Source of the DNA: Patellaria atrata CBS 101060
Lineage: Eukaryota
Direction of reading: 5' to 3'
DNA: 64,000 nt
NCBI GenBank assembly: GCA_010093705.1
Contig: MU006089.1
Coordinates: forward strand, 1,552,455-1,616,454
The number at the start of each line of letters is the position of its first letter. The first letter of the stretch is position 1. Position numbers and translations under genes: made by a program. The notes under the pieces are model-generated. The model saw only the letters and a list, made by a program, of their open reading frames with translations, ran no database searches and had not been told where the DNA came from. Below are positions 50,491 to 64,000 of this stretch, piece by piece.

Positions 50491-50709
50491 AGAATATTCT
50501 CGCATTGATCTGTGTTTGCTGCTGGAACTTATGGTGAATCTAACAGTGTCACGATACAACTAAAGGAGAATCCCCACCATGCTGATAGATATAAACGAGT
50601 CTCGAATTCATAATCATACACTATCCTCCATAAACACTACAAATATATACTAAACCCGAAATTTAGCATCCCGGTTACAAACAGACACCCCACAAACCCG
50701 TCCCTATCC

Positions 50710-52437
50710 CTACCCAACAACCTCCCCTCCAAAGCCCACCGGTCTCCTTCCCTCCCTCCCCTCCACATGAGGTACAATCGCCATAACCTTATATAACCTC
50801 CCCATACCCTGAGGCCCCCTATCCACCAACCTCCTCCACGCGCCCTCGATCCTCTCCTTCGCGCCATCACCATCCTTTCCAGCCGCAACACCTTTCACCA
50901 ATATGTCCACCCTCTCCGCACCGCCCATAGCGCGCAGCCACGTCCCCTGCTCCACGGGCCCATGGACCTCGACCCCGGGACTTGCGCTGATCGCCGCGTC
51001 TGCTAACCCGACGAAATCGACGTCGGCGGAGATGTCGACGAGGCCAGGTGATGTGAAAGGGGAGCAAGGCTTGTGTGCGCGGATTCCGCGAAGGGAGTGT
51101 GTGGGGATTGTGGAGGCGGGGCCGTAGTCGATTATGAGGGCGGCGCCGGAGGGGTGAGGTTTCTGGAAAGGAGGTGGTTGCGGTGACGATACGGTTTTTC
51201 CGGAAGTAGGGCGTGATTTGGGAGGTGATTTTGGGGTAGGGTTGGCGCCACCGATAAGGGTTGCGATGGTTGAGATGGTGGAGAGGGAGGAGGGGGAGAT
51301 TTCGATCACGGCGTTGGAGGTTGGGAGGAGAGCGGTGTAGCGAGGGGATAGGGAGGGAAGGTACAGGCTATGTGGAGTTGATGATTTGGGGAGGATGAGT
51401 TGGAATTCGGGGATTGATTCTTTAGAGGAGGTGCTGGAGAACCGATCGGGCGCCCGGGTGGGTGCTACGAGGAGTTCGCGCCATTGGTTTGTTTGAGGAA
51501 GCCGAGAAGAGCGCGTAGGAGATGTGCCAGTTGTGGAGGTAATTACAGAGGATTCAGTGGGAGAGGGAGTGACGGACTGGAAGACGTGGATGGGAAGGGC
51601 GTCGAAGAATTCGTGAGCGATGATGAAGGGCGATTTATCGACGGCTATAGAGAGATCAGACTGTGAGGTTACACGAGACGAGACACGCATACCTTGAGGA
51701 ACGAATTTGATATCATCATACCAAATGATCTTGGTACATTCTGAATATTTGCACGTACTTTGGTACCCGTATTCGATGTCCTGGATTGGAGCGTCTCCAC
51801 ATAGCAGCTTTCTCTGCGCTTCTCGCAGCGAGGGACTAGCTTCCACCAAGTAGATCGCATCGATACTTGATGCTAATGGTTTGAAGTTCCGTATAGTCTA
51901 TTGTAAACGTCAATGTCTCGTTCATCTAGGCATTAGACGTCTTAATACCATACTCGTAGCATATCATCCATCAACGTCCCTCTCCCCGGCCCAACCTCAA
52001 CAAGTTGTACTCCCGAGCTCATTTTGCCCTGCGACATCCATTCTGCAAGCACCCAGATACCAATAAGTTCGCCAAAGACCTGGGATATCTCGGGGGAGGT
52101 GACAAAATCGCCTTTCTGTCCGAACTGGTCTCGTCCCTCGGTGTGGGCCGTGTAGTAACCGCTATCGGGAGAGGTCAGACATTGGCGCATATACGCCGCT
52201 ACTGATATGGGGCCTGTAGTCTGAGTTGTTGTTAGGTTTTCTCTAGGACTAGATATTGTATTGAAACCATACCGTAATAGCCTCAGCGAGACTTTTGGCT
52301 AGTGGTGTTGACCATTGCCGTGCGGTCGCCGAACTGGACGACCATCTCCCGCAAGCAAAGGTTCGTGGTGCATTGCAAGGACATTTATTTGAAATCCGTC
52401 TGCATACTTCAACCGGAAGTCGAAAGCTCGGTCGCAT
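50710..52437 (-). CDS. NDUFAF7: Mitochondrial protein arginine methyltransferase NDUFAF7/MidA (complex I assembly); 4 exons, introns 52272-52221, 51953-51898, 51692-51645
   Basis: 'GPISVAAYMRQCL', 'GDFVTSPEISQVFGE', 'LVEVGPGRGTLMDD', 'IIAHEFFDALP', 'LIIDYG', 'DISADVDF'. Confidence 0.95.
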
Positions 52438-52559
52438 CACGTTGAGTTGTTGCGATTGCAGTTTCTATCAAGCAGGTTGAGGTCACAAAATTAATTTGGA
52501 GCTCGAGCTTCGGACATGATATCGTCGTCAAGGCGCACTACACGACAATCCACCTCAAC

Positions 52560-54152
52560 ATGAGCAGCAAACCTAAATCCCGCTGGGCCGACGATGAAGA
52601 CGATGCAGCAGTAGAAGCGCAACGGAAGCGCGAGAAGGAAGAGAAAAAGCGCGCAAAGCTCGAAAAGCAACGCAAGCAGGAGGAAGAGCTACGGCGGAAA
52701 GCGGAGGAGTCCACTCTCGCAGCAACGAGCAACGGGACGCAAGACTTATCAGATAGGCCTGCAAAGAGACGGAAGACCTCGCCGGATGGCGAAGAAAAGC
52801 TCCTTGCGGAGAGACCCAGAAAGTTACTGCGGTACGCTGCTCCATCATGGGGCCCTTGCAGGAATGTCGAGAACTTCGAACGACTGAATCATATCGAGGA
52901 GGGGTCGTATGGATGGGTTTCAAGAGCTAGGGAAACCGCCACGGGTGAAATTGTTGCATTGAAGAAGCTGAAGATGGATAATACTGGTGACGGCTTTCCT
53001 GTTACTGCTCTACGTGAGATCCAGACCTTGAAGGCGTCGAGGCATCGCCATGTCGTAGATCTTCGGGAGATAGTTGTGGGAGAAACACTGCAAGAGTATG
53101 GTCATATCTTTCTATCAACAAGGTTAAGCTGCTGATCGTATGGGAGTGTCTTTCTCGTAATGGAATTCCTGGAACACGACCTTAAGACTCTACAGGAGGA
53201 TATGGCAGAACCGTTTCTCCCGTCAGAGATCAAGGCACTTCTTCTACAGCTCACATCTGCAGTAGATTACCTGCATGATAACTGGATATTGCATGTACGT
53301 ACTTAATTCCGCCAAACTGAAGCTGTTCTGACTAGTATACAGAGAGATCTCAAAACATCTAACGTATAACGAGCACCACCCACCATATTGTAACACTTCT
53401 AATCAACCGGTAGATCCTCATGAACAACCGTGGCGAAATCAAAATTGCAGATTTCGGTATGGCACGGTACTTCAGCGATCCCCCACCTCCAAACCTGACC
53501 CAATTGGTCGTGACTCTCTGGTATCGTGCCCCTGAGCTTCTCCTCGGGGCCGAGAAATACGATACTGCCATCGATATGTGGAGTCTAGGCTGTATATTTG
53601 GGGAACTGCTAACCAAAGAGCCGCTCCTGCAAGGCAAAAACGAAGTCGACGAGCTGACCAAGGTACTCCATCTTTCTCTCGACCCACACCTGCAACTCTA
53701 ACACGTCTTCCCAGATCTTCGAACTCTGCGGTATCCCAACCGAAGAAACCTGGCCCGGCTTCAAACGCCTTCCGAACGCACGCTCCCTCCGCCTTCCTCG
53801 CAACGACCGAGCCCTCGGCTCCGTCATCCGAGCCAAATTCCCCTTCCTTACTAATACCGGGACGCAACTGCTCTCCTCCCTCCTATCCCTAAACCCAACC
53901 AAACGGCCCTCAGCAAGCGAGATGCTCGCCCACCCGTACTTCCGAGAAGATCCACGACCGAAAGCAACGGAGATGTTCCCCACGTTCCCGTCGAAGGCTG
54001 GACAGGAGAAGAGGAGGCGCAGAGCGAGCCCGAATGCGCCGAAGAGGGGTGATGCACCACGGTTAGGCGGTGAGGCGCTGGATTTAAGTGGTATCTTTGC
54101 GGGGAGGGAGGAGGAAGAGAGTGGAGCTGGATTTCAATTGAGGTTGGTGTAA
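52560..54152 (+). CDS. CDK11/PITSLRE-like cyclin-dependent kinase; 5 exons, introns 53096-53146, 53295-53342, 53364-53413, 53663-53714
   Basis: 'IEEGSYGWV', 'VALKK', '[10 protein letters not shown]', 'H|RDLKTSN|ILM', 'ADFGMAR', '[14 protein letters not shown]', and the CDK11-type tail '[12 protein letters not shown]'. Confidence 0.93.
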
Positions 54153-54508
54153 TGAGTATATAGTGAGTTCAAAACGACAGAAGCGGGATATGTCCCGTCT
54201 CCTCTGTTGTGATATCTAGGACTTCATCGAAATTAACCCAATAATTAACAGTCTCGTATTACTTGCTTAATGATCGCATAAAGGTCCAGAAATGCGCAGG
54301 GGAAGGATATGATGTGATCCGCTCAACCGCGTCCCGACTTAAGTTTCACACATAACGAAATTCACAACATCGTCAAGGAGATCTATTATAATTAACTAAA
54401 GAAATCAAATTATCAAAATCAGAGCAACGTATCGTCAGGCATTGAAACAAAAAGGGCCACACCCATAACTCCTCCAACCGCAAGACAAACTAGAACTGAA
54501 ATCTATTC

Positions 54509-57500
54509 TCAAACATTCTCATTCTCGATCAATTCCGTCAAGATATCTCCCACTCCTTGAGTCAATTTCTCCGCTCCACCTATATCTAACATTTCTTCCG
54601 GCGCAAAGACACCAACATCGAGTCCGCCATCGCGGATAGTCGCTTCGATGTCAACGGAACGCTATAACATGCCGATCAGCAAATCATTCTTGGTATGATA
54701 GAGGTTGAAGACTCACCAAAAACGCATCCCGAACCAGATTTTTCTTCATCTCTTCGAACTCGGTGAACTGAGTTCCGCTGCTGGGTTCAACAACCCGAGC
54801 ATATCTCTTCCTTGTCTCCTTTCTCCTATCAGTGTCTTCGTAAACTACTATCCCCTCTTCTATGTTTTCCTCTACATCCTCTTCGGGTAACTTCAAGAAG
54901 TTTACTACAACGTCGACCTTTATTCCGGTCCACTCGCGTATTTCCCACAGTCCTACACCCGCATTTTCCTCTCCGCTGACTTTTTGCAAATCGTCTTGAA
55001 CCGCTTTTGCGATTTGGGCGAGAGTCTCTGGCCCAGTACTGATACGCAGCGGCACAATATTTAGGGTCGGGAAAGGGAGGCCGGACAGATCTCCATCAGC
55101 GATGACGTGAGCACGGTTGGCAAGATATATGCCTATGACAACGTCCGTACTCGAGGTGTCACTAGACACTCGCATTATATGCGCTCTAGCATACACGGCA
55201 AGGAAAAGAGCTTGTACACTGACACCCTCTTTTCTCGCTAGGGTTTCTAGTTCCGCACCTTTAGATAAGAGACGAGGGATATGCATCTCTATCCTTCTAG
55301 ACCTCGTACTCAGGGGCTGTGGGGCGAAAGGCTCATTTTGCGCGTTTTTGAGGTAGGAGGACCAGAACGCACGGCGAGCCTGCATTGCGTCTGGCTTGTG
55401 GGTGAGAGTAAGGAATTGCTTTGTGGACTCTAGAGTTGTTGATTGGAGCGATTGAGCCTCATTGCGGCAGAGTGCTTGGAGTCGTGAAACTATTATAGGA
55501 AGACTGACACCGTCGTAAAGAGCGTGATGGATTTTAAGGGTTAGAGTCCAACCTTGAGGATTCTCCATGGCGTAAAGGCGGACAAGTGGTTGAAAAGACG
55601 GTGTGCTGTCTGGAGAGCCCTGGTGGAAGGTGCCGGCTACTTCTTTAAGGACCAGCTGGATGAGCGGAACTGAGCGGTCATTAGTAGCTACGAATAGGGT
55701 TCGAAGAATGGGAGTCTGTTGAACTAAAGACTCCCAAGCCTTCTGAATCTGCTTGATGGTGATGTTTCTTTTGATTTGGTAGATGAATTCAGCGTAGAAG
55801 AGCTGTGCCTCAGTATTTTGCCAGTTTGAAAACATGTAGGCCTGACCTGCGGTTGCTGGTAGCACGGTTTCGACATTGTCATCCGATAGCCCAGCGATGT
55901 GAACTATTTGCTTGATATTGATATCCATAAGCGCTCGAGATAATATCTTGTCTGGTGAGTCATTCGTCGTTGAAGGCTTTGATGAGTCTCCATCGATTAT
56001 TTGTGCTATTGCTTGAATAGTGCCAGCTTTCAGCATCTCGCTAACACTAACTTTAATAGATTCCTTTCGAAGCAAAGATGTGACTTTGATGGCGCTGATA
56101 GAATCTAGACCCATGTTAAACACATCCATGTCCTTGGTGATCTCATTCTCTGGCATTTTTGAAACAGCGGACAATGCGGCTCTTATCGCTAACTCTGTAT
56201 CTGTCCATTCTTCTGATGCAACAGAGTCGTGTCGGCGATTGCTTCCACCAATGCCATTGGTTTGAGGGTTATCCTCCTTGAAGGTAGGTAGGCCACAGAC
56301 TGATACACCGGCATTATTGAATTCTAACGCGGGAGCAGTAACTTCTGAAATAATATTCTCCAGGACTACGTCAAGGCTGTGAAGCATCTTTGTGACTTCT
56401 TCCTCGTTGAAAACTTCATCCGAGCAAGCTGTTCGCCAGATCAAGCCTCCAGGAACCAATTCAGCTTCGACGCAAACAGGATACTCCACATCTGAAGCAC
56501 CCCCAACTGATTCGTATAACGGCCCATAAGCATATGTAGACACTTCTGGATGCTTCTGATAAATAAACAGTGAGTCAAATATGCCCTGTTTATGGCTTTT
56601 CATCATTGCTTGCGCCTTCCGCAGAGGAAAATGCTGATACTGTCTGATGTTTGACATATTGTTTTGCATATACTGCAACATGTCCTTCCGCGATCCATGT
56701 AAGATTGAACGCACTGCGACGGTGTTCATAGTCGGGAAGATGATTTCGTTTGCATCTTCCCCGTCTCTACCGGAGAGTACGACTCCGAACACGATATCGA
56801 GCCGATGAGTAAAGGATGCGAGGAAAAATGACCAACAAAGTTGGCCTACAGCTTGGAACGTGATACCTTCTCGTTTGCAGAAAGTATTGATAGCGTTTAA
56901 GTTGACGCTGCTCTGGTGTTCTTGTCTATGGATCTTGGTACTCGAAATTTCCCCAAGTCTATTGCGAGGGAAGACTGTCGGGGTAGCCCCTGAAAGGAAG
57001 TCGCGCCAAAACTCATGTGCTTCGGAACGAGAAGAGTCCAATATCTCTTCAAGAATATTCTGGTAGCCAGTTCTTGCGATATTTTCCTCTTGGTAAGCTC
57101 TACTAACATCATGATGAAGCAGAGAGAGTGACCATCCATCATAAAGCGAATGAGCAATCGAAATAATGAGTTGAGGTCCATCTACTGTCTGAATTAGGGT
57201 CAACTGGAAAAGTCTTCCCCTTCCATTCTCTTTTTCTGCATCTTCCCGAAGGGTTTCGATCAACTTATCAATGTCGTCCGTAGCTGCAAGATCTCGCGCC
57301 TCCCATGGAAGCTCTTGTTCTCCGTGCACTATTTGAGCAAAAGATGTATCAATATCCGGGTCATCGATCCTCTCAAATGTAGTCCGAAGGATTGGAATAT
57401 GATCCCAAACAACTTGCCATGCTTTCTTCAACTTCTCTACGTCGGTCGAGGGAGAAAGTTTCAGAACATCATGGTTATAGTACCTCCTGAATCCAGAGTT

Positions 57501-60500
57501 GAGCATTTCTGCAACCATCCCTTCCTGTAGAGGTGTAGCGGGGAATATGTGCTCCACATCCTGCTCGATTTCACTGCCTCTTGATAAAGATTGACGTAGC
57601 TTTTCTTCATCTTCACGCAAGACTGAACCCTTTATTTGTCCTTGCTCATCTACATTTCGTTGCTTAGATGTGAGTTCCGCTAGTTGTGAGATTGTGGGAG
57701 CTCTCATGATTGCGCTAACAGACAGATTCAATCCATGTTTCTTGAGGCGGGATGAGAGTTTGATTGCATCGATACTGTCCAGACCGAGCTCGAGGATAGA
57801 CATGTGAGGACCGATTTCTTCTCTATCAGCGCCAGCTAAAGTCACTATTTCACTGCGTATTTGTTTAGCTTCGCTAGTCCAGTTGAAGTTTCCCGTTCCA
57901 TTAACAGCTATTTCCATATCATTGCTGGATTTATGCTTGCTCGTAGAACGGTTATTGGAGACCGGGAGATCAAATGTCCTAGATATGCGCGCTTTCGGAT
58001 CTTCTAGCAACGAGCACAACGCAACTTCAAACTGTGAGAGAAGCTTATTCAGTGTAGCTTGATCAACAACGCGGCCCTGAGCCACAAGTGTCACAAAAAG
58101 AGCATTACCCTGTCTCTGTTCAACTTCAAGCGCGAGCGGATAATCTGCCTGAGGTTCTTCTTCCAAGGGAATCCAAAGATTCTCAATATCGCTATCCCCC
58201 GCCTTTTTAATAGCCTTCTGGAAAACAAACAATGTGTCGAACAGGGAATTACCTGTAACTCGTTTACACCACTTCATAATGTTTCTTAAAGGTGTATGCT
58301 GAAAGGGGATAGCGGAAACATTGAAGTCGTGACACTTCTGAATTGCTGAAAACCATTCGTCCTCGCGAGTTAGTTGGATGGAGAATGGGATGGTGTTGAA
58401 CAATGGCCCAATGACCTGCTCAGCTCCTTCAAAGTCCATAGTTCGTCCAGACACGACCATGCCAACTGTCACCTCACTTTGTAGTAACTGAGATAGAACA
58501 GTCATCCATGCCGCTTGCACAATCGCTTGCGTTGTTACATTCAACGACTTTCTTATTGGCTCGAGTTTATCGAAGTTATGAAACTCTTTCGTCACCAACA
58601 GATCTTTCTCACAAACGTTTGGATTTTGAACGGGAATTGGGTTGAAAGCTACCCCATCAAGATGTTTTGTCCAGAATGCTTCAGCGTCTCGAGTTTCACG
58701 CAATGGGCCGTACGGCAATGCTTCTTGGAATGGCGGACCACATGTATCTAACAATTTGCCCCTGTAGACATCTTCAACAAGCTGTAGTATGCGTGGGAAG
58801 CTATTTCCATCATACAAAGCATGCATTAAGTGTACAGCAAGTACAATCTTTGAAGGCGCTCGGATGAGTACTAGTTCAAAAGGTCGTGTTATGGAGTTTC
58901 TGTTCGCTTGCCACCAATCCTGATGTTTGGCTATGAGGACTTGGTGAAGCCCACTGTCTTCCTCGATTCTAATGACGTTCCAAAGAAGCGGAGGATTACG
59001 TAAAGCGACTTGAACGTGACCATCGTCCGTTGGAACGAAGTACGTTCGTAAAATCTGAATGGAGTTGTATACCGACTGCCAACTCGTATGCAGGGTGTGA
59101 ATATTGATCTCAATGTCAAGATTGAAATGGAATGTATTAAAATATAATGGCTTATCGTTTTCTAGTGATCTCGAGATTATTCCTTGCTGTAATGGAGTGC
59201 ACGGAGCTACACTTTCGATATCCATGGGATTCGCTTTGAGATAGCGAGCTGCAAAATTCTTGTATCGATGTTCACAAGCAGCAATTTGTTGCTTCGCTGT
59301 TGTAATGAACCCTTCATCAAAACTGGTTTGCCTTGAGGAGCTCAATGCCTTAGCAAGGCTCCTAATGGTCCCATTCTGCATTACGAGGGATGTCTGAGCA
59401 TTAGGATAACCAGTATTCTTCAACTCTCTCGTGAAGCCGATTGCAGAAATTGAGTCAAGTCCAAGTTCGAAAATGCTTGAATATCTAGTGATCACCTCGA
59501 CTTCCACCGCAGTCATTTTAGCCAAGATATCTCTAATCTTTTCCTCGTCAGGAGACCAGTTATTGTCTTTAGCAGATCCATGATTCGAGAGTTTCTGTAA
59601 GTCCTCGCTCGAGAGTGCATTGAACAGATCTTTCAACTTCCTTGAGTCGGCTTTGTTATTTGCGGATAGAGGCATACTCGTCAACGGGATAACATGTGTG
59701 GGTACCATGTATACCGGAAGCCTAGCACGACAAGTATCTTGCACTTCATCTACAATTTCAATTGCCTGATAGTCGATTTCTGGCTCAGTTTGTTTTCCAT
59801 TATGTCTCCAGTCAGAAGTTACCACGAAAGAAACAAGTTGTTCGCGTTGTTGCTTTGGATGTTTAAGAACAAGTGTAGCAAGTTCCGTAACATCTTGAGT
59901 TCCTTGCTTGATCACACTGTTGATCTCTCCAATCTCTAGACGTTGCCCACGAAGCTTGACTTGATCATCTATACGGCCTAGGAAGTCAAAGGTGTTGTCA
60001 TACAGTATACGGACCAAATCTCCAGTTCGGTACACGCGTTCACCATATTTCTCGAGAGTAGGAAAGCGTTCTTTGGTCAAGTCTGGCCGGTTCAAGTAAC
60101 CCTTACCAACAAGCTTCCCAGATACACACAGTTCTCCAACAGCCCCGCGTAATACAGGTATCTGTGTCCCCGGGTGAAGGACGTATGAACCTACGTTCAA
60201 GAACTGTGGCCCAATATTCGAAGGTTTCCCGTTGACTGGAACTTCCGGGTACATCGTGACACCAATTGTAGTTTCTGTGGGGCCATATCCATTGTGTATT
60301 GCTCCCTTAGGACCCCATATATCAAGAATCTCTTGCTTTAATTGTTCTCCACCCGTAATAAAGACACCGCTGCAAAGGGCCGGGACATCATCAGGGTGGA
60401 TGATTTTAGCAAGACTTGGAGTCAAGTCAAGATGCGTAATTTTGAGTTTCCTTATGGTTCCAGGAAGATCTTCAAAAATTACGTCTCTCGGAGCAGACAC

Positions 60501-63500
60501 TACTCTAATACCAATGGACCAAGACCAGAACTGCTCGAGAATGGAAACATCAAAGTGGAACGAAGCGAACTGGAGCCAACGAGAATCCTCAGTAGTACGA
60601 TGACCAAAAATCCGTTTAAACGAAAGCAATGCTTGGACAGCATTCTCATGGGTAAGCTCACAACCTTTGGGGGTTCCAGTTGTACCTGAAGTGTACAAAC
60701 AATAGCTAAGGTCTTGCGGGCTCACTTCTCTAGACAGTTGAGGTGGGTCTGATGAAAAATCTTGCCATGGCCAATGGTCAAGATTGATGACAGGTGTACT
60801 AGCTTCAGTAATGATGTCCTTCGATAGACTTTCCAGAGACAGAACCAGGACAGCTTTGGAATCTTCCAAGATATATCTCTTTCGAGCTTCAGGTGCTGTT
60901 GGATCTAGTGCTACGAAAGCACACCCAGCTTTCAAAATTCCAATCATGGCAAAAGATGCTTCCGGACATTTTTCAAAACAAATTGCGATGAGTTTACCGG
61001 GCTCGACCTGTCTGTCTCCGACCAGTAGATTTGCGATCTGATTGCAAATCTCATCCAGCTCGCGATATGTCCAGGTCCGACTGATTACTTGTCCATCATG
61101 GACGCTAGTTGCGAACTCGAAGGCCACCTTTTGCGGCGATTTTCGAGCTGTATGCTCTACAAATTGATGTAGCTGTTCTACCTCAGACATTAATTCCGGC
61201 TCTCGAGCTGGTGTGACCGAAAGAATAGAACTATCGTCCACATACGCGCCATTTGTTTCCCCGTTTGGCGTTGAAACTAGATGCATGAATGTTCGTTCAT
61301 ATTGTCTCAGGAGCAACTCAGCTTGTTCCTTTGGTAGTAAGTCTGAAGTAAATGTCAAACGAAGTCTAAGCTCATCATTAGAGATAGGTTCAAGCTCTAG
61401 AGATACAGCGTAGTCTGCTGTGGCTTCCTCTTCGAGTAGCTCCCACTGCTTCGAGCGGCTTTCGTCTCCGGATATCTTCTGGTATGCAAATATGGTATCA
61501 AAGAGCGGAACATCTGTGTGATTAGCCCATCGTTGAATTTTATTCAAGGGTGTAAATTGATAATTTTGAACTGAGACGTTGAAATGCATCATGCTATCGA
61601 GTAATTCCCGATTGCTCTGTCTGTTCTTCGCAGAAACTGGGATCGTCGTGATACAGGGAATGGCTGCAGATTCCGCTCCATCAATAGTTCGGCCAGACAA
61701 GACAACACCAAACGTTACTGATGGTTCTCCAATATAAGAGGACAGTATACGGGCCCATGCTGCTTGACCAGCAGCTTGAATTGTGATGTTTGCCTCTCGA
61801 CACGCAGCTTCGAGATCGCTCTTCTTCCGCGAGCATACTCTCACGGCTACTTCAAACTTTCGTACATCGACTTTCAGGGGTGACATGTTTGGGAATCGGT
61901 TTATAAGTATGTCACTACTTATATCTTTCCAAAACTGTTTCTGGTCTTCGGTCTCAGACGTTCCGGCGTGTAGAATAGTGCCTAGGACAGGCTCGATCGG
62001 ATCAAGTTCTGGCAATTGTTCGTTGTGACACACTAGCGCAAGGTCGTCTAGTATCATGCTCAGACTTCGTGCATCGTATAAAGCATGTAACATGGAGAGA
62101 TCAAAGACTAGTTGATTGTCGATGTGATGGATCACAGACCGCCATGGTGGTAGGTGTATACTATCTAAAACATGGGCTGCTGAGTTCTCCCTCCACCGAC
62201 GGACATCAAATTTTCCATCATCTTCTGATGATAGAACATCCACTGGTGTTTTGACGACACCTGGTTGGTAGGTGACCATAACAAATTGCGCTTCAGGATC
62301 GTTAATATTCGTAAATCCAGTTCTTAGTATCTGGTATCTTTCGACGATCTTTTCAAATGCTCCTTGCAAGATCTCCCCCGTCAGCCCCTCTGGGACTTTG
62401 AACTGTACAGAATTGTAGTAGCGAAGTCCACCAGATTGAAGGAACTGCGCAAGGATACCTTGCTGAAGAGGAGTACATGGAAAGATACTCTCGACGTCCT
62501 CTTTCTGTATCTTATATGTCTGGTAAACAGGATGAGAAAACTTTTCGTGGAAACCTTGGAAATCAAACGTGGGCTGGAATTCGGCGCTAACATCAACTCT
62601 ATCGTTCAGAAATTTCACAAGGTCAGCAATTTTCGGGTGGGATAAGACATCCGCTGCGGACACTTTGCGGCCTGATTCTCTCAAGCGACTAGCAATTTGA
62701 ACTGCGCTTATGCTGTCCAATCCTAACTGGTATATTGTTTGAGACTTGATGATTCGTTGACTTGAAATGGGAGATAAATCAGTTAGGATATCGCGTAGAG
62801 CGGATTCATCTTGAGACCATTGGGATTCGAGATTATCCTCGTCTTCGTCTCGGTCTTCGTCCTTGTATTTTTCTCGGAATAACTCGTTGAGGGCCTTTCT
62901 ATTGACCTTCCCAGCAGCAGAAAGGGGGAAACTTTCGACAAAGATAAAGAAGTTCGGCACCATGTACGATGGTAGAAGTTTACGGCAAACATTGGCGATA
63001 ACTTTCTTAATCGTCGATTCGTCTGATCGTCCAACATCTCGTTTGGTAGTCAGAAACGTGACGAGTTGCTCTTTTGAATCATCAGATATGCGGGACAAGA
63101 TTGTGGTAACGTCTTTAACCGTGGGGGTGGCTTTCTTAACAACGTTGCTAATCTCGTCAAGTTCCACACGGAGACCGCGAATCTTGATCTGATCATCGGA
63201 ACGGCCAATCCATTCAATTGTGCCATTGCTTAGCATGCGGGCGAGATCTCCAGACTTGTAAAGTCGTCTCTTATCGCGAGTTATGAAAGCGGAGTTTGTC
63301 AACTTATCATTAGCATGATACTCTCTAGCAAGCTGAGCGCCTCCGATGTACAACTCCCCTATGCCCAGCTTTGGTACGAGCAGACGACCGTCTTTAGATA
63401 GAATATGGAAACTTGTACTCGGGAAGGGATTTCCTATGACTGAGGGTTTCACCTCCTTCGTGACTGGAAAGATTGTACAACAAAAAGCGGCTTCCGTAGG

Positions 63501-64000
63501 ACCGTAGGAATTCACACATATGTCCTCCCATTCGTCGATCAATTGTTGAGACATGGTTTCTCCAATGCAATAGAGGTATTCTACACTCGGTACAGCTGAT
63601 CGACGTAAACCTCTTGCTACAGAGGGAGTCAGATCTAGCATGGTGATCTTCGTCGAATTTATGATCCCGCTCAAATCATTCAACATTGCATTCTGAGTTG
63701 CAGCACATAGAGTAAAACCATACGACCATGCCATGAAACAATCGTAGTAGCACATATCGAAGGTGATTGCCGCAAATTGTAGGAGTCGAGAATTTTTACG
63801 CCATGGAACAATGGACCTTGAGTTCTCGATGGTCTGCACGGGGCTGCGGTGTTCCACGCTGACAGCCTTGGGTTTCCCAGTCGATCCAGATGTATACAAA
63901 CGGTATGCTAGATTACTAGGCTTCAGGCCTCGAATATTGACGTTATCTTCTGGTTGAGATTGCACCTCGTCCGCATTGATTAAGAGAATCTGGTCTGACC
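54509..64000 (-). CDS. Ferrichrome/ferricrocin-type siderophore NRPS (SidC/NPS2 family), 5' end outside the window; visible domains (A)-T-C-A-T-C-T-C-T-C; last intron 54716-54662
   Basis: The frame is open to the window edge. Two A3 motifs (YTSGSTGKPK, YTSGTTGTPK), four 'GLDS' carrier sites, four 'H(A/S)LYD' condensation cores; terminal exon 'SVDIEATIRDGGLDVGVFAP'. The T-C-T-C ending is characteristic of ferrichrome synthetases. Confidence 0.93.

Noticed and set aside
23767..64000. An iron gene cluster linking ISA2 and the siderophore NRPS
   Set aside because: They are 30 kb apart and separated by many unrelated housekeeping genes.
1..64000. Intact transposable element or HGT island
   Set aside because: No transposase, reverse transcriptase, integrase, LTR or TIR was recognised, and the genes look fungal.

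Overview
Gene-dense region of a filamentous ascomycete (Pezizomycotina) chromosome, with short GT-AG introns and CTRAY-type branch points. About 20 intact protein-coding genes can be modelled by hand. Housekeeping genes: ARP9-like, NTE1, GCV2, ISA2, BNA5, POL1, REX2, PER1, ATG15, a VPS9-domain GEF, NDUFAF7 and a CDK11-like kinase. Others: an MDR oxidoreductase, an AA9 LPMO with CBM1, an RS-rich unknown, guanine deaminase, a DHA1 MFS transporter, a GH7 endoglucanase, a MYND-finger protein, and the 3' 9.5 kb of a ferrichrome-type siderophore NRPS. There is one clear tRNA-Ala(UGC). No transposase, LTR or CRISPR array was seen. The least explained items are: (1) a ~200-nt Pol III-type locus at 40569-40791 (A box, B box, oligo-T) that can fold end to end but is not a normal tRNA; (2) a MYND protein whose C-terminal domain has a transglutaminase-like Cys-His-Asp arrangement; (3) a degenerate ~170-260 bp tandem array at ~49630-50490; (4) BTB, F-box and membrane-protein ORFs broken mainly by TAG codons, often at likely Trp positions; (5) a possible nested twin intron downstream of NTE1. 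All product calls come from recognising motifs by eye; no database search was run.
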